A stretch of DNA of 64,000 nucleotides from a plasmid. Below the pieces are notes generated by a model that was not told where the DNA came from, searched no databases, and worked only from the letters and a program-made list of their open reading frames with translations. The stretch lies in sequence record NZ_AP019754.1, one strand, 5' to 3'. Both the position numbers and the translations under genes were made by a program. Within the stretch, counting starts at the first letter, position 1. Every line of letters starts with the position of its first letter. Shown here in pieces: positions 8,324 to 18,689 of this stretch.

Positions 8324-9202
8324 ATGGCAAAAAGACCCGTTACGTTCGATGCTGAAACATTACGAACCTTTGTCACCGGTATTGAGTTGGGAAGTTTTGC
8401 TGCTGCTGCAGAGCGCCTGGGGCGTTCAACATCGGCGGTAAGCGCTCAGCTTAAAAAGCTTGAGCAGCAGGCAGGCGCCGCGCTGGTGCAAAAGTCAGGA
8501 CGACATCTGGTCCTTACTGCCCAGGGGGAAATGATGCTTGCCTATGCGCGCAGGCTGATGAGTCTCAACGACGAAGCTTACCAGGCAGTGAAATCGGTGG
8601 GCATCCGTGGCGAGGTTCGGCTGGGATTGCAGGAAGATTTTGGAGAATCACTTCTCCCCTCTCTTCTTGGGCAATTTTCACGTGCGCACCCCGACGTTCA
8701 GGTCTCCGCGACCGTGACCCGCAACAAGCCTCTGCTGGAAGCAATACGTCACAATGAACTTGATGTTGCCCTGAGCTGGCAGGGTGACGAGAGCACCGCT
8801 TACAGCGAGTCGCTCGGGTCATTACCACTCTGCTGGATTGGCGCAAAAGATTTCGATATCGGCGCATTTATCGATCGGAACCGACCTCTGCCGTTACTGG
8901 TTTTTGAAGCACCCTGTCTGATGCGTAGCGCGGCGACAGCGGCCCTGGACAGCATGAATATCCCCTGGCGCATTGCGTTTACCAGCAGAAGCCTGAGTGG
9001 GATATGGGCGGCCGCGGCGGCCGGGCTCGGAATGACGTTGCGAACACAAACGGGCATGCCGTCATCACTCGCGATATTTGACCAGCAAAAATTGCCAGAT
9101 ACTGGCGCGATTGGCGTTCGTCTGCATCAGTCTGAAAAAAACGTATCAGCCGCAGCAGCCTCGCTTTGCCAGATGATAAAAACGCACTTTCATGGCACAT
9201 AA
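8324..9202 (+). CDS. LysR-family transcriptional regulator, divergent from the CMD-tautomerase-DUF4865 operon.
   Basis: N-terminal HTH (LRTFVTGIELGSFAAAAERLGRSTSAVSAQLKKLE) and a LysR substrate-binding domain. 292 aa. Confidence 0.85.
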   Translation: MAKRPVTFDAETLRTFVTGIELGSFAAAAERLGRSTSAVSAQLKKLEQQAGAALVQKSGRHLVLTAQGEMMLAYARRLMSLNDEAYQAVKSVGIRGEVRLGLQEDFGESLLPSLLGQFSRAHPDVQVSATVTRNKPLLEAIRHNELDVALSWQGDESTAYSESLGSLPLCWIGAKDFDIGAFIDRNRPLPLLVFEAPCLMRSAATAALDSMNIPWRIAFTSRSLSGIWAAAAAGLGMTLRTQTGMPSSLAIFDQQKLPDTGAIGVRLHQSEKNVSAAAASLCQMIKTHFHGT

Positions 9203-9482
9203 GCCAACTACCGCGCCTGAAGAAATCCAGCCAACAGACAGCATCAATCAATGACCGGACAGGCAGGTATTTCTGGCGGTTGAGGCTGAGCACAGGGCTG
9301 TCAGATTGTGGTCGTTTAAACAACGCCCTGCTTTTTGTCCGGCCCGGCTTTGGCACCTTTCCTGCTTGCTGCGCTAATCCTGACGCGGGCACCTGAGTAA
9401 GGCCAATTACAGTATGCTGTAACTAAAATCGTTACAGAAGATACTGTGCCTACACTGTTGTGACATTCATCGCCAATGCTGT

Positions 9483-10391
9483 TTACCCCCGGCTTATCTC
9501 TCCACCATAGCCTTTTACGCTGAGCGTATCACCGTCTGCTTCCACCCACGCGAAGGGCACGTCTAGAGGGCCGTCGAGCATGCCCTTCATGATAAAAAAG
9601 TCGGTGTCCAAAATACGGGCATAGCCTCCGCGATGATCGTGTCCGGCAAAACAGGCGCGCACCCGGTAGCGGGTGAATAAATTCACCAGCGCGTCGGCGT
9701 TCATTAACATATGCGTATTCCCGGGAGCCAGCGGATAATGCCCGAATACCACGATGCTTTCTCGGCACTGCTGTGCCGCCTGTAACTGCTGCTCTATCCA
9801 CACCAACTGTTGCGCGCCCACGGCACCGTTCCAGGGCTGCGCGTGGGGTTGATGCTCATGTTGCAGCCGGGCCAGCAACGCTGCCGCCTGTTGGCGATCG
9901 GTGCCGTTGAGCGCATTGCAGTAAAGACTCATATCATTGCCATCGTAGACAATGAAGCGCCAGCCGTTAAAACGGAAAGCGTAATAGCTCTTGGGTAGGG
10001 GAACCTTACCTTCAAGTCGTGTGGCAATCGTCTGCGCATCATGATTACCCAGCACCACGGCATGGGGATGCTTTAATTCTTGATATACCGGCAATACCGC
10101 AGCATAGCTGTACCAGTCGCGATCGACGAGATCGCCCAGGGTCACCACAAAATCGAGCGGCAGAGCGTTGAGCGCCGTGATGGCCTGGTGCAGTTTTTGT
10201 AGTCCGTTGCGATAGTAAAGATGGTTGTCAACATCCGGTTCGATATCTGCATATTGCGGGTCGGCGATCAAACCAAAACGAACAACGTTGTTCCGCGCAG
10301 CTAAGGGACGCAGCAACGGCGGTTGATACAGCGGTACGACCTCCGCCAGCAGTTCGCGCTGCTGCAGGCTAAGCGAGTGAGGCGTTAACAT
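9483..10391 (-). CDS. Cytoplasmic metallophosphoesterase (calcineurin-like phosphodiesterase).
   Basis: Motifs GDLVDRD and GNHD. No signal peptide. AAGGTGA Shine-Dalgarno. Lies 11 nt downstream of the ABC permease gene. Confidence 0.75.
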   Translation of the reverse strand: MLTPHSLSLQQRELLAEVVPLYQPPLLRPLAARNNVVRFGLIADPQYADIEPDVDNHLYYRNGLQKLHQAITALNALPLDFVVTLGDLVDRDWYSYAAVLPVYQELKHPHAVVLGNHDAQTIATRLEGKVPLPKSYYAFRFNGWRFIVYDGNDMSLYCNALNGTDRQQAAALLARLQHEHQPHAQPWNGAVGAQQLVWIEQQLQAAQQCRESIVVFGHYPLAPGNTHMLMNADALVNLFTRYRVRACFAGHDHRGGYARILDTDFFIMKGMLDGPLDVPFAWVEADGDTLSVKGYGGEISRG

Positions 10392-10402
10392 TGGCGTTCA
10401 CC

Positions 10403-11221
10403 TTAACGTATACCGGCACGCATGAAAGACTGAATAAACTGACGCTGAAATATCAGAAAGAGCAGCAAAAGCGGCAGCGTTGTCATCAATGTTGCTGCAC
10501 CAATAAGCGCCCACTGCACGCCCTGCTCTGGCGCGGAAAATAGCTGCAGCCCGACGGTTAAGGGCCGTACCTTAACCGAGTCGGTAATCACCAGCGGCCA
10601 GAGAAAATCATTCCAGTGAAAGCTGACAGAGACTAACGCAAAGGCGATATAAATCGGTCTGGCCAGCGGGATGTAGATCTTACGTAAGATATAAAACCGG
10701 CTGGCGCCTTCCACGATCGCCGCCTCTTCCAGCACTAAGGGGATGCTTTTAAACGTCTGGCGCAGCAGGAAGATGGCAAAGGCAGACGCAAAATACGGTA
10801 AGGCAATGCCGGTCAATGTATCGCGCAGGCCCAGTGCGCCAATGGTTTTATAGTTATTCAGGATCAGCACATCGGGGCTGATCATGAGCTGCAACAGGAT
10901 AAGGGCAAACAACATGCCCGAATACTTCAGGCGAAAACGGACCAGTGCGTAAGCCGCCATCGTGGCCAACACCAGTTGGACTGTAACGATCATCATCACC
11001 AGCAAAATCGTATTCATGAAGTAACGGGCAAAGGGGGCAGCATGCCAGGCGTTAATAAAATTTTGCAGCGTCAGCGGCGCAAAAAGCCGGAAGCTGCCCT
11101 GCTCTGCCGCGGGATGCACCGCAACCCACAGCGCCACCAGGATAGGGAGCAGCCATAGCAGCGCCGCTAACCAGATAATGAGATTCAGGCCGAGGTGGCC
11201 AACAGAAAAGGAAGGCTTCAT
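10403..11221 (-). CDS. ABC transporter permease (CUT1 family, UgpE-like).
   Basis: 272 aa with six transmembrane helices and an EAA-like loop. Start overlaps the upstream permease stop. Confidence 0.8.
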   Translation of the reverse strand: MKPSFSVGHLGLNLIIWLAALLWLLPILVALWVAVHPAAEQGSFRLFAPLTLQNFINAWHAAPFARYFMNTILLVMMIVTVQLVLATMAAYALVRFRLKYSGMLFALILLQLMISPDVLILNNYKTIGALGLRDTLTGIALPYFASAFAIFLLRQTFKSIPLVLEEAAIVEGASRFYILRKIYIPLARPIYIAFALVSVSFHWNDFLWPLVITDSVKVRPLTVGLQLFSAPEQGVQWALIGAATLMTTLPLLLLFLIFQRQFIQSFMRAGIR

Positions 11222-12135
11222 TGATAATGGGCTCGTTTATCCATCAACTTAAATTTAACTAGCGCAATCGCCGCCAAAATCAGCAGCAACACCACGGTCA
11301 TGGCCGCGGCTGCCGGTAAATCCCAGTAACTGAATGCTGTGCGATAGATGTAAAACAGCAACAGGCTACTGCTGTTGTCCGGGCCGCCGTTCGTCATCGC
11401 AATAACCTGATCGACGATGCGAAACGCATTCATGGATGCATTGATCAAGACAAATAACGTGGTCGGCATCAGCAATGGCCACTGGACGCGCCGGAAGAAA
11501 TAGCCCTTTGATGCCCCTTCGATTTCCGCCGCTTCACGCAGGCGCGGATCAATCTGCTGCAGGGCAGCAAGATAGAAAATCATAAAGAAACCGGCCTCAC
11601 GCCAGACGGAGACCGCCATCAGGCACCACAGAGAGGTGCCCGGCTCGCCAAGCCAGTTAACCGGAGCAATGGAAAACAGCGACAGAAGTTTGTTCAGTAA
11701 GCCCAACTGTGGCGTGTAAAAAAACAGCCACAGGTTAGCAATGGCAATCATTGGCAGAAGAGAGGGAATAAAAAAAGCCGCACGTATCACGGCGTTAGCC
11801 GCCAGTCGTCGGTTAACGGCCAATGCCATGAGCAGAGCCAGCATCACCGCCAAAGGGATAGTGACCAGGGCATAGAGCAGATTGTTCCACAACGACCGGA
11901 TAAACACATCGTCATCCAGCAGCGCAGCGTAGTTATCCAGCCCAACAAACTGGGCCGGATGACCGTTACGTGAGGCGCTGAACAGACTTTCCCACACCGT
12001 CGCCAGAGCAGGATAATGGGTAAACAGCAATAAAAAACCCAGTGCCGGTAAGATCAGCAAATAGCCGCACAGCTGTAATGATCCGACGCCTGAGCGTAAA
12101 GCAGGGGATGCTGTTGCAAGTGTGTTCATCGCCAT
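11218..12135 (-). CDS. ABC transporter permease (CUT1 family, UgpA-like).
   Basis: 305 aa, MalF/UgpA-type permease with REAAEIEGAS. Confidence 0.8.
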   Translation of the reverse strand: MAMNTLATASPALRSGVGSLQLCGYLLILPALGFLLLFTHYPALATVWESLFSASRNGHPAQFVGLDNYAALLDDDVFIRSLWNNLLYALVTIPLAVMLALLMALAVNRRLAANAVIRAAFFIPSLLPMIAIANLWLFFYTPQLGLLNKLLSLFSIAPVNWLGEPGTSLWCLMAVSVWREAGFFMIFYLAALQQIDPRLREAAEIEGASKGYFFRRVQWPLLMPTTLFVLINASMNAFRIVDQVIAMTNGGPDNSSSLLLFYIYRTAFSYWDLPAAAAMTVVLLLILAAIALVKFKLMDKRAHYQ

Positions 12136-12139
12136 CGTA

Positions 12140-13417
12140 TTACTGGTAAGCCTTCAGCAAACGATCGGCCTGCTTCTGGGCGGCTTCCAGTGCTTCTGCC
12201 GGTGTTTTCGTCTGGGTTATCGCGGCTTCAATGGCGTGGTTCAGCGCCTCCTGAATTTGCACGCTGTTATAGGTCGAGAGTTCTGGCTGGGCATAGTTAA
12301 GTTGCTCACGTGCCACCAGCGCCTGCGGAACCTGTTTCACATAGTCTTTCATGGCTGGCGTTTCCCAGGCGGCGGGTGAAGTCGCGACATAACCGGTAGC
12401 AATACTCCAGCGAGCAGCCTGTTCAGGGGCGGTGACCCAACGGATAAACGCCATGGCGGCTTTCTGCTGTGCCGGGGATGCATTTTTGAAGACATACAGA
12501 TTACCGCCACCGGTCGGGCTTCCACGCTGTGTCTTTTCAGGAAGCATCGCGACACCAAACGGGAACGTCGCATTTTTACGCACCACGCTCAGATTACCCG
12601 TGGTGGTCACCATCATCGCGGTTTTGCCACTCAAAAAATCTTGTGGCGTGGTGCCCCATGCCACGGCGCCTTTAGGTGAAACGCCCTCTTTCTGACCGAG
12701 ATCGGTTAGCCACTGTAGCGTTTCAATGTTCCCGGGCGTATTAAAATACACGGCCGTGCCCTTGCCATTATCAAGATGCGCGCCATTGGTCGCAGCAAAC
12801 CCCTGAAACACCCAATAGCCATTTGGCGTAGTCGGGATTTCAATGCCCCACTGGCTGACGTTTTGCCCGTCTTTCACGACCAGCTTTTTGCCAAAGTCCA
12901 CCACCTGCTGCCAGTTCGCAGGCGGCGTATCAGCATCCAGACCCGCTTTTTCAAACGCCTGCTTATTCCAGTACAGCACCACGGTCGAGCGCTGAAAAGG
13001 AACGCCCCAGACTTTTCCATTGATATGGCGTAAGAAAGCAGGATAGAAACTGTCGATCCATTTCTTACCCTCATCGTCTTTGGCCAGATCGCTGGCCGCG
13101 ACAATCGCCCCCGCATCCATCAGTGAATAAGCTTCGATATCGCCAATAACGGCCATTTGTGGCGCATTACCGCCACGAAAAGCGGTCAATGCTTTGGTCA
13201 CCGTCGTCGCGTAGTCACCGGTATAGACCGGCTGAATACTGACTTCGGGATGAATTTTTTCGAAATCGGCAACCAGTGCTTCAACGGTGTGGCTGATCTC
13301 GCCTCCCACTGCGATGGGATAATACATTTGCAGTTTTACCGGATCGGCAGCAAAAACTGACGCGCTGGTTGCGATAAGCAATGCAGGAAGCAGATGTGAC
13401 AGACGAATAGCAGACAT
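12140..13417 (-). CDS. ABC transporter extracellular solute-binding protein (family 1, UgpB-like).
   Basis: Signal peptide MSAIRLSHLLPALLIATSASVFA. 425 aa, SBP_bac_1 pattern. Confidence 0.8.
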   Translation of the reverse strand: MSAIRLSHLLPALLIATSASVFAADPVKLQMYYPIAVGGEISHTVEALVADFEKIHPEVSIQPVYTGDYATTVTKALTAFRGGNAPQMAVIGDIEAYSLMDAGAIVAASDLAKDDEGKKWIDSFYPAFLRHINGKVWGVPFQRSTVVLYWNKQAFEKAGLDADTPPANWQQVVDFGKKLVVKDGQNVSQWGIEIPTTPNGYWVFQGFAATNGAHLDNGKGTAVYFNTPGNIETLQWLTDLGQKEGVSPKGAVAWGTTPQDFLSGKTAMMVTTTGNLSVVRKNATFPFGVAMLPEKTQRGSPTGGGNLYVFKNASPAQQKAAMAFIRWVTAPEQAARWSIATGYVATSPAAWETPAMKDYVKQVPQALVAREQLNYAQPELSTYNSVQIQEALNHAIEAAITQTKTPAEALEAAQKQADRLLKAYQ

Positions 13418-13442
13418 GATTTTCCCTTAGGTAAAAAGATCG

Positions 13443-14546
13443 TTAAACCGCGTATTTTTTGGACGAAACAGACATCAGCTGTTCTGCATGCAAACAGCGT
13501 TTACCGCTATCGGTGGAAAACAGGTATTGCTTATCAGCAGGCCATTGCAGCCCCACAAGGCTTCCCTCACTGAACCGTTTCATTCCTGCTACCGTCACCG
13601 TTAATGTTTCGTGGCTGTGAGCAAGCTGACACATTAATAAGGTATCAGCCCCCATATATTCGTAACTCACCACGCTGGCCGTCAGCACCGCGCCATCAGC
13701 GTTAATAAGCTGAATATCTTCAGCCCGAATGCCCAGACTGAGTGCGCCGGCGGTGAAACCTTCGACGACAGGCTCCCTGAGCGGACTCAGATAGTGGTTC
13801 GCGTTGTGGCAGGCGAGCGGCAGGATGTTCATGGGCGGTGCGCCAATAAACTGTGCCGCGAACACGCTGGCAGGGTTGTTGTAAAGATTATCAGGTGTGT
13901 CGTGCTGCTCAATTCGTCCCGCGTTCAGCAAAATAATGCTGTCCGCCATGCTCATGGCTTCCGTCTGATCGTGAGTGACATAGATCATTGTCAGACCCAA
14001 CTTCTTCTGTAAGGCACGGATCTCACGGCGCATGCTTTGGCGTAGCTTGGCATCAAGGTTAGAAAGGGGTTCATCCATCAGGCAGAGCGTATTGTTGGCG
14101 ATAACGGCTCGCCCCAGTGCCACCCGCTGTTGTTGACCACCGGACAACTGGGACGGCAAGCGATCCAGCAACGCCTCCAGTTCCATCAACTTACTGACCC
14201 GACTCAGACGATCGGCAAACGTGAGCTTATCTTCACCGCGGGCTTTTAAGCCAAATAACAAATTTTCTTTAACGCTCAGGTGAGGAAAAAGCGCATAAGA
14301 CTGAAACACCATGGAGAGCTTGCGTTGGGAGGGGGGCAAATGGGTGATATCCACATGATTGAAACTCACCGAACCCGTGTCAGCCGTCTCCAGGCCGGCA
14401 ATAGTGCGCAGCAGCGTCGATTTACCACAGCCTGAAGGCCCCAACAGAGCAACGAACGTCCCTTCGGCGGCGTCAAAATGGATATTATCCAGTGCGATTT
14501 TCTCGCCCCAGCTCTTGGTGATGTGATGAAGCGCCAGATGGCTCAT
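13443..14546 (-). CDS. ABC transporter ATP-binding protein (UgpC/MalK-like, with a C-terminal TOBE regulatory domain).
   Basis: Walker A GPSGCGKST, signature LSGGQQQRVALGRA, Walker B LCLMDEPLSNLD. The ORF-track start at 14564 is a TTG; the ATG at 14546 (MSHLALHH...) is more likely. Confidence 0.85.
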   Translation of the reverse strand: MSHLALHHITKSWGEKIALDNIHFDAAEGTFVALLGPSGCGKSTLLRTIAGLETADTGSVSFNHVDITHLPPSQRKLSMVFQSYALFPHLSVKENLLFGLKARGEDKLTFADRLSRVSKLMELEALLDRLPSQLSGGQQQRVALGRAVIANNTLCLMDEPLSNLDAKLRQSMRREIRALQKKLGLTMIYVTHDQTEAMSMADSIILLNAGRIEQHDTPDNLYNNPASVFAAQFIGAPPMNILPLACHNANHYLSPLREPVVEGFTAGALSLGIRAEDIQLINADGAVLTASVVSYEYMGADTLLMCQLAHSHETLTVTVAGMKRFSEGSLVGLQWPADKQYLFSTDSGKRCLHAEQLMSVSSKKYAV

Positions 14547-15010
14547 ACATGCGCCGCTTTGCAAATAAGAATTGCAGTAAGCTAGCCGAGAAAAATGAAC
14601 GATTTATGGCTGAAAAATGACAGAAAAAAGATGCACCCATTGATTAATCATGCGGGCTTATCCTTCCCTGCCTTACCAGGCCGCCGTCGCGACCGAGCTT
14701 TTCCTCTTGTTCCTGACAGTGAATGAACGCAGAAAGCGGCATCCTGACAACCTGTCGTGCCCATAAGTGACGTTGAACGTCTTGATTGACCAGCCGAGAC
14801 TGCATGCGATTCTGCTGCACGACAGGGCTGGGGCTAACGTAATACGTTCGGCAGCACCCCGGATGCTATAAGAAATGACCAGACGCATGCAAAGCGCCAG
14901 AGACTCACACAACGTCTCGGAATCCTCGCTGCAGCCACAGAGAAAGAGCTACAACGACTGTTCATTGCCGGAAACAGACGCAGGTTGAATATTTCCGCTT
15001 AGTAGGTAGA

Positions 15011-15031
15011 CTGGTATACATACATACCACT
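15011..15031. promoter_or_regulatory. Imperfect palindrome ACTGGTAT-N6-ATACCACT, a candidate TetR operator.
   Basis: Found directly in the sequence, 17 nt upstream of the TetR start codon. One mismatch between the arms. Confidence 0.3.
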
Positions 15032-15047
15032 AACAAAGGTTATCGTC

Positions 15048-15635
15048 ATGCCAACTCAATCTGCCAGCGCAGAAACTGCTTATGATAAGTTGCTCAGTGC
15101 GGCGCGCGTGCTGTTTTACAACCACGGCATTAACGGGACAGGTATCGATGCCATCGTAAAGCGGGCCGGGGTCGCCAAAAAAAGCTTATATAACAACTTT
15201 GCCTCTAAAGATGAGCTGGTCGCGATTTATCTCAGGGTTCGTCACGAGGAATGGCTTGCTTTGTACAAAAATCGTCTGGACCTTGCCATGACGCCGAAAG
15301 AACGGGTACTGGCCGTATTCGCGGCTTATGAGGACCATGCTGAATTTGCCTATGAAAACGGGTTTCGCGGATGTGGCCTGCTGAACGCAGCGGCAGAGTT
15401 GCCCGCCAGCGCGCCGGGACGACAGGCCGTTCGTGAGCACAAGGAGGAAGTGGAGGCGATTCTGACCGCGCATCTCACAGATTTGATGATGGGAGATGCA
15501 GAAAGCGCGCGCAAAATGGCGCGGCACTTCGCTTTTCTACTGGAAGGCAGCATTTCACGAGCCGGGCTGGAAGGTAACAGCGACTGCGTGAGTCAGGCCA
15601 GTGTGATTGCTGAACAACTGATGGAGGCATACTGA
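15048..15635 (+). CDS. TetR/AcrR-family transcriptional regulator.
   Basis: TetR_N HTH (TGIDAIVKRAGVAKKSLYNNFASKDEL). 195 aa. Confidence 0.8.
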   Translation: MPTQSASAETAYDKLLSAARVLFYNHGINGTGIDAIVKRAGVAKKSLYNNFASKDELVAIYLRVRHEEWLALYKNRLDLAMTPKERVLAVFAAYEDHAEFAYENGFRGCGLLNAAAELPASAPGRQAVREHKEEVEAILTAHLTDLMMGDAESARKMARHFAFLLEGSISRAGLEGNSDCVSQASVIAEQLMEAY

Positions 15636-16567
15636 TGCCTGCATCCGGACACCAAACGGGTGGCGCAACGGCCGTCATTATCGCGGCTGTGCTCTGGGGA
15701 ACGACCGGTACAGCCGCCACCTTTGCCCCGGCTTTAAGCCCGCTCGCCGTGGGCTCGGTGGCAATGGGCATCGGTGGACTGTTCCAGGGACTTATCGCTG
15801 CAACCCCGCTTATTCGACAGCGGCGACTGATTTTTCGGCATTGGCCTTTTCTGCTGACGGGTGCCCTCGCAGTGGCGGTTTATCCGCTCGCTTTTTATGC
15901 GTCTATGCGTTATGCCGGGGTCACTGTCGGCACTGTCATTTCCATCGGCTCTGCCCCGCTACTGTCAGCCCTCATTGAGTACCGTCTTGAAGGCGTACGC
16001 CTCACAAAGCAGTGGGCAGGCGGTGCCGCTACAGGGCTTGCCGGCATGATCCTGCTTTGCCTTGCGGAAAGCGGTGGGCACAGTACTGGACAAGGTTCTG
16101 CAATGACGGGCATTACGCTGGGGCTGCTGGCTGGTTTTACCTATGCCCTTTATTCGTGGTCTGCGCGGCGGTTAATGCAGGGCGGCATAGCTCCACGCGC
16201 GGCAATGGGGGCGACCTTTGGGGCGGGCGGTATCCTGCTTGTCCCTGTCCTTCTGATGACCGGCGCACCGCTTCTGGAAACCTGGAATAATGCCGCCGTC
16301 GGGATATATATGGCGCTGGTTCCAATGTTTCTGGGATATCTCTGCTATGGCTACGGACTGGCGCGCATCCCGGCCAGCATGGCAACCACGATCACGCTGC
16401 TGGAGCCGGTCGTCGCCGCTCTGCTGGCCGTTCTGCTTGTCGGGGAAAGGCTGCCGCTTTCAGGTTGGGCCGGTGTAGGACTCATTATTGCCTGTCTTGG
16501 TGTGATCACCTTTCCAGCGGGCAAGCGCGCCTCCCCTTCAGCCCAGCGCCGGGCTGATAACCTTTAA
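15635..16567 (+). CDS. EamA/DMT-family transporter.
   Basis: 310 aa, ten predicted transmembrane helices, two EamA-like halves. ATGA start/stop overlap with the TetR gene. Confidence 0.75.
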   Translation: MPASGHQTGGATAVIIAAVLWGTTGTAATFAPALSPLAVGSVAMGIGGLFQGLIAATPLIRQRRLIFRHWPFLLTGALAVAVYPLAFYASMRYAGVTVGTVISIGSAPLLSALIEYRLEGVRLTKQWAGGAATGLAGMILLCLAESGGHSTGQGSAMTGITLGLLAGFTYALYSWSARRLMQGGIAPRAAMGATFGAGGILLVPVLLMTGAPLLETWNNAAVGIYMALVPMFLGYLCYGYGLARIPASMATTITLLEPVVAALLAVLLVGERLPLSGWAGVGLIIACLGVITFPAGKRASPSAQRRADNL

Positions 16568-16939
16568 TCTGGGGACAGGAAAAAAGAAGGAAAAAGCGGC
16601 CTTCGATGCATTCTGGGCTTTCGAGATACGCACGGGCGCTCTCATTAAGCTTGAGGAAAGCAAAATCCGCCTGGAGAATGATAACTGACTCCGTCCCTGA
16701 ACCTGAGCGGAGGTGTCCTGTGGCGCCTGTATCAACGATAACGTCCAGGATTTACAGGGCCCCAGGGTAATCTGCATAGTCAATCCGGGTACGATGAAGA
16801 CAGGACCAGAGAAATCGAATGTTCTGCTGCCTGGCGTCTCCGAGGGTTCAGGCGGGACGATACCTTTCGCTTTTTGCTCATGGCTGACATTACCAACATC
16901 AGCAGCGATGTCTCAGCCCTCTCGGTCTGCCCTTATCAA

Positions 16940-16975
16940 ATATAAAACGCCTGTTGCAGGGCATCAGGCGTTTAA
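16940..16975 (-). terminator. Intrinsic terminator downstream of the MCP gene.
   Basis: Hairpin AACGCCTG-N11-CAGGCGTT, followed on the minus strand by a T-rich run. Confidence 0.5.
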
Positions 16976-17024
16976 AAGCTGCCAGATTTCGATCCTTATC
17001 AGAACCTTTTATGGCCTACTTTTA

Positions 17025-18689
17025 TCAGAACTGCTCCCAGTTTTGATCCTGTCCGCCAACCACTGCGGTCTGCGGTTTCTTAAAAACCGGCGACGATACC
17101 GCTGCGGCGCGGTTTTGCTCCCGATTATTACTGGATAACTGACCCGCAAGCGTAATCGTGAAGGCACCCACTAAATGACCCAGCGTGGAGGCCTGATCTA
17201 TCAGAGAACGCGATGCTGCGGAGGCCTGCTCAACCAGTGCGGCGTTTTGCTGTGTCGCACCGTCCATCTGATTTACGGCCTGATGGACCTGGCTGATGCC
17301 TTGCGACTGTTCTCCGGCGGCTACGGATATTTCATCCACCAGATCAGTGACCTGCCGCACCGCATCATTCATGCGTGACATGTTAGAGCCTACCCCTTCC
17401 GCCTGCTCAGAACCGGCCTCGACAAAGCCCATTGATGACTCAATCAACTCCTTGATTTCACGAGCTGAAGAGGATGAGCGCTGTGCAAGATTACGAACCT
17501 CACCCGCCACCACCGCAAATCCCCGCCCCTGCTCACCAGCACGTGCAGCCTCAACGGCGGCATTCAGCGCCAGGATGTTGGTCTGGAAGGCAATCCCTTC
17601 AATGAGTGCAATGATGTCAGTGATTTTGGCTGAGCTTGCCCTGATGTCACTCATAGTGGACAGTAGTGTGCGGACACGACCAGCACTGTCTTCTGAGATA
17701 TCCCGGGCGTTTTTCGCCAACTGACTGGCAAGACGCGTATTTTCAGCGGTCTGACGGACGGTTTCGCTAAGCTCGGACATACTCGCTGCTGTCTGCTCCA
17801 GGGAGGCCGCCTGCTCTTCCGTACGGGAGGACAGGTCTTCATTACCCGCCGAAATCTGTGCAGAAGCAGAGCTTACCGACTGAGCTGAAGCTTCCACCTT
17901 AGACAGTGAATCTGAAACATTCTCAATCAGATGGTTGAAGGCTCTTGCCGTCAGGCCGATTTCATCATGACGTGACTCATCAACCCTGAGAGTCAGGTCG
18001 AGTTTTTCACTGGCCTCTTCCATGGTCTGACGCATGCCGTTCAACTGGCGGCGTATAGACATGATGGTTTTGATCGTGAAAAAACCCAATACAAGGATGA
18101 CGGCGCCAGAGCCGGCAATCAGTCCCCATAGAGTCGTATAGTAGATATGGGTATTGGTTTCATCCAGTTGAGTGCCGATATCAATATTTATCTGCAGTTG
18201 CTTACGGTAACTGCTTGTAAGCGTGCGAATGGCTTCACTCAGATTTTTACTGCTTTCATCTGAGTTCGCCGTCGATGATGACTGGGGAATCCTGTTGATC
18301 TGCAGGAAAGGCAGCAGCCTGTCATGAATGTTTTTAATCATGACGAACGCCTCTTTGGTCAGCCGCAGATCTTCGTCGCTGGATATATCATTCTCAAGAT
18401 AATGCTGATTGAGGGTATTAAGGCGCTCAACCGTTTTGTTCATTTCTGATTCAATTTGCCCCTGCCTGGCAGGATCTTTTGCGCCCTGATAGTCGTATAG
18501 CTTAATGAGAAGTTCATTGTTCTCATCAATCAGTACGTTTAAGTCGATGATCGAAGGTATGGCGTTAATCTGAACGTAGTGAAAGCGATACTGGAAGCCA
18601 GTAACGACCACGATGGAAATAATAACCATAGAAACGAGAGAAGCTGAGAGCAGAGAAAACGTAAGATAAAGTCGCTGTGAAATTGTCAT
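17025..18689 (-). CDS. Methyl-accepting chemotaxis protein.
   Basis: 554 aa. N-terminal transmembrane helix, periplasmic 4HB-like sensor, second transmembrane helix, HAMP domain and the highly conserved MA signalling domain (…[17 protein letters not shown]…). Ends in the NWEQF pentapeptide. AGGGTGAG Shine-Dalgarno. Confidence 0.85.
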   Translation of the reverse strand: MTISQRLYLTFSLLSASLVSMVIISIVVVTGFQYRFHYVQINAIPSIIDLNVLIDENNELLIKLYDYQGAKDPARQGQIESEMNKTVERLNTLNQHYLENDISSDEDLRLTKEAFVMIKNIHDRLLPFLQINRIPQSSSTANSDESSKNLSEAIRTLTSSYRKQLQINIDIGTQLDETNTHIYYTTLWGLIAGSGAVILVLGFFTIKTIMSIRRQLNGMRQTMEEASEKLDLTLRVDESRHDEIGLTARAFNHLIENVSDSLSKVEASAQSVSSASAQISAGNEDLSSRTEEQAASLEQTAASMSELSETVRQTAENTRLASQLAKNARDISEDSAGRVRTLLSTMSDIRASSAKITDIIALIEGIAFQTNILALNAAVEAARAGEQGRGFAVVAGEVRNLAQRSSSSAREIKELIESSMGFVEAGSEQAEGVGSNMSRMNDAVRQVTDLVDEISVAAGEQSQGISQVHQAVNQMDGATQQNAALVEQASAASRSLIDQASTLGHLVGAFTITLAGQLSSNNREQNRAAAVSSPVFKKPQTAVVGGQDQNWEQF

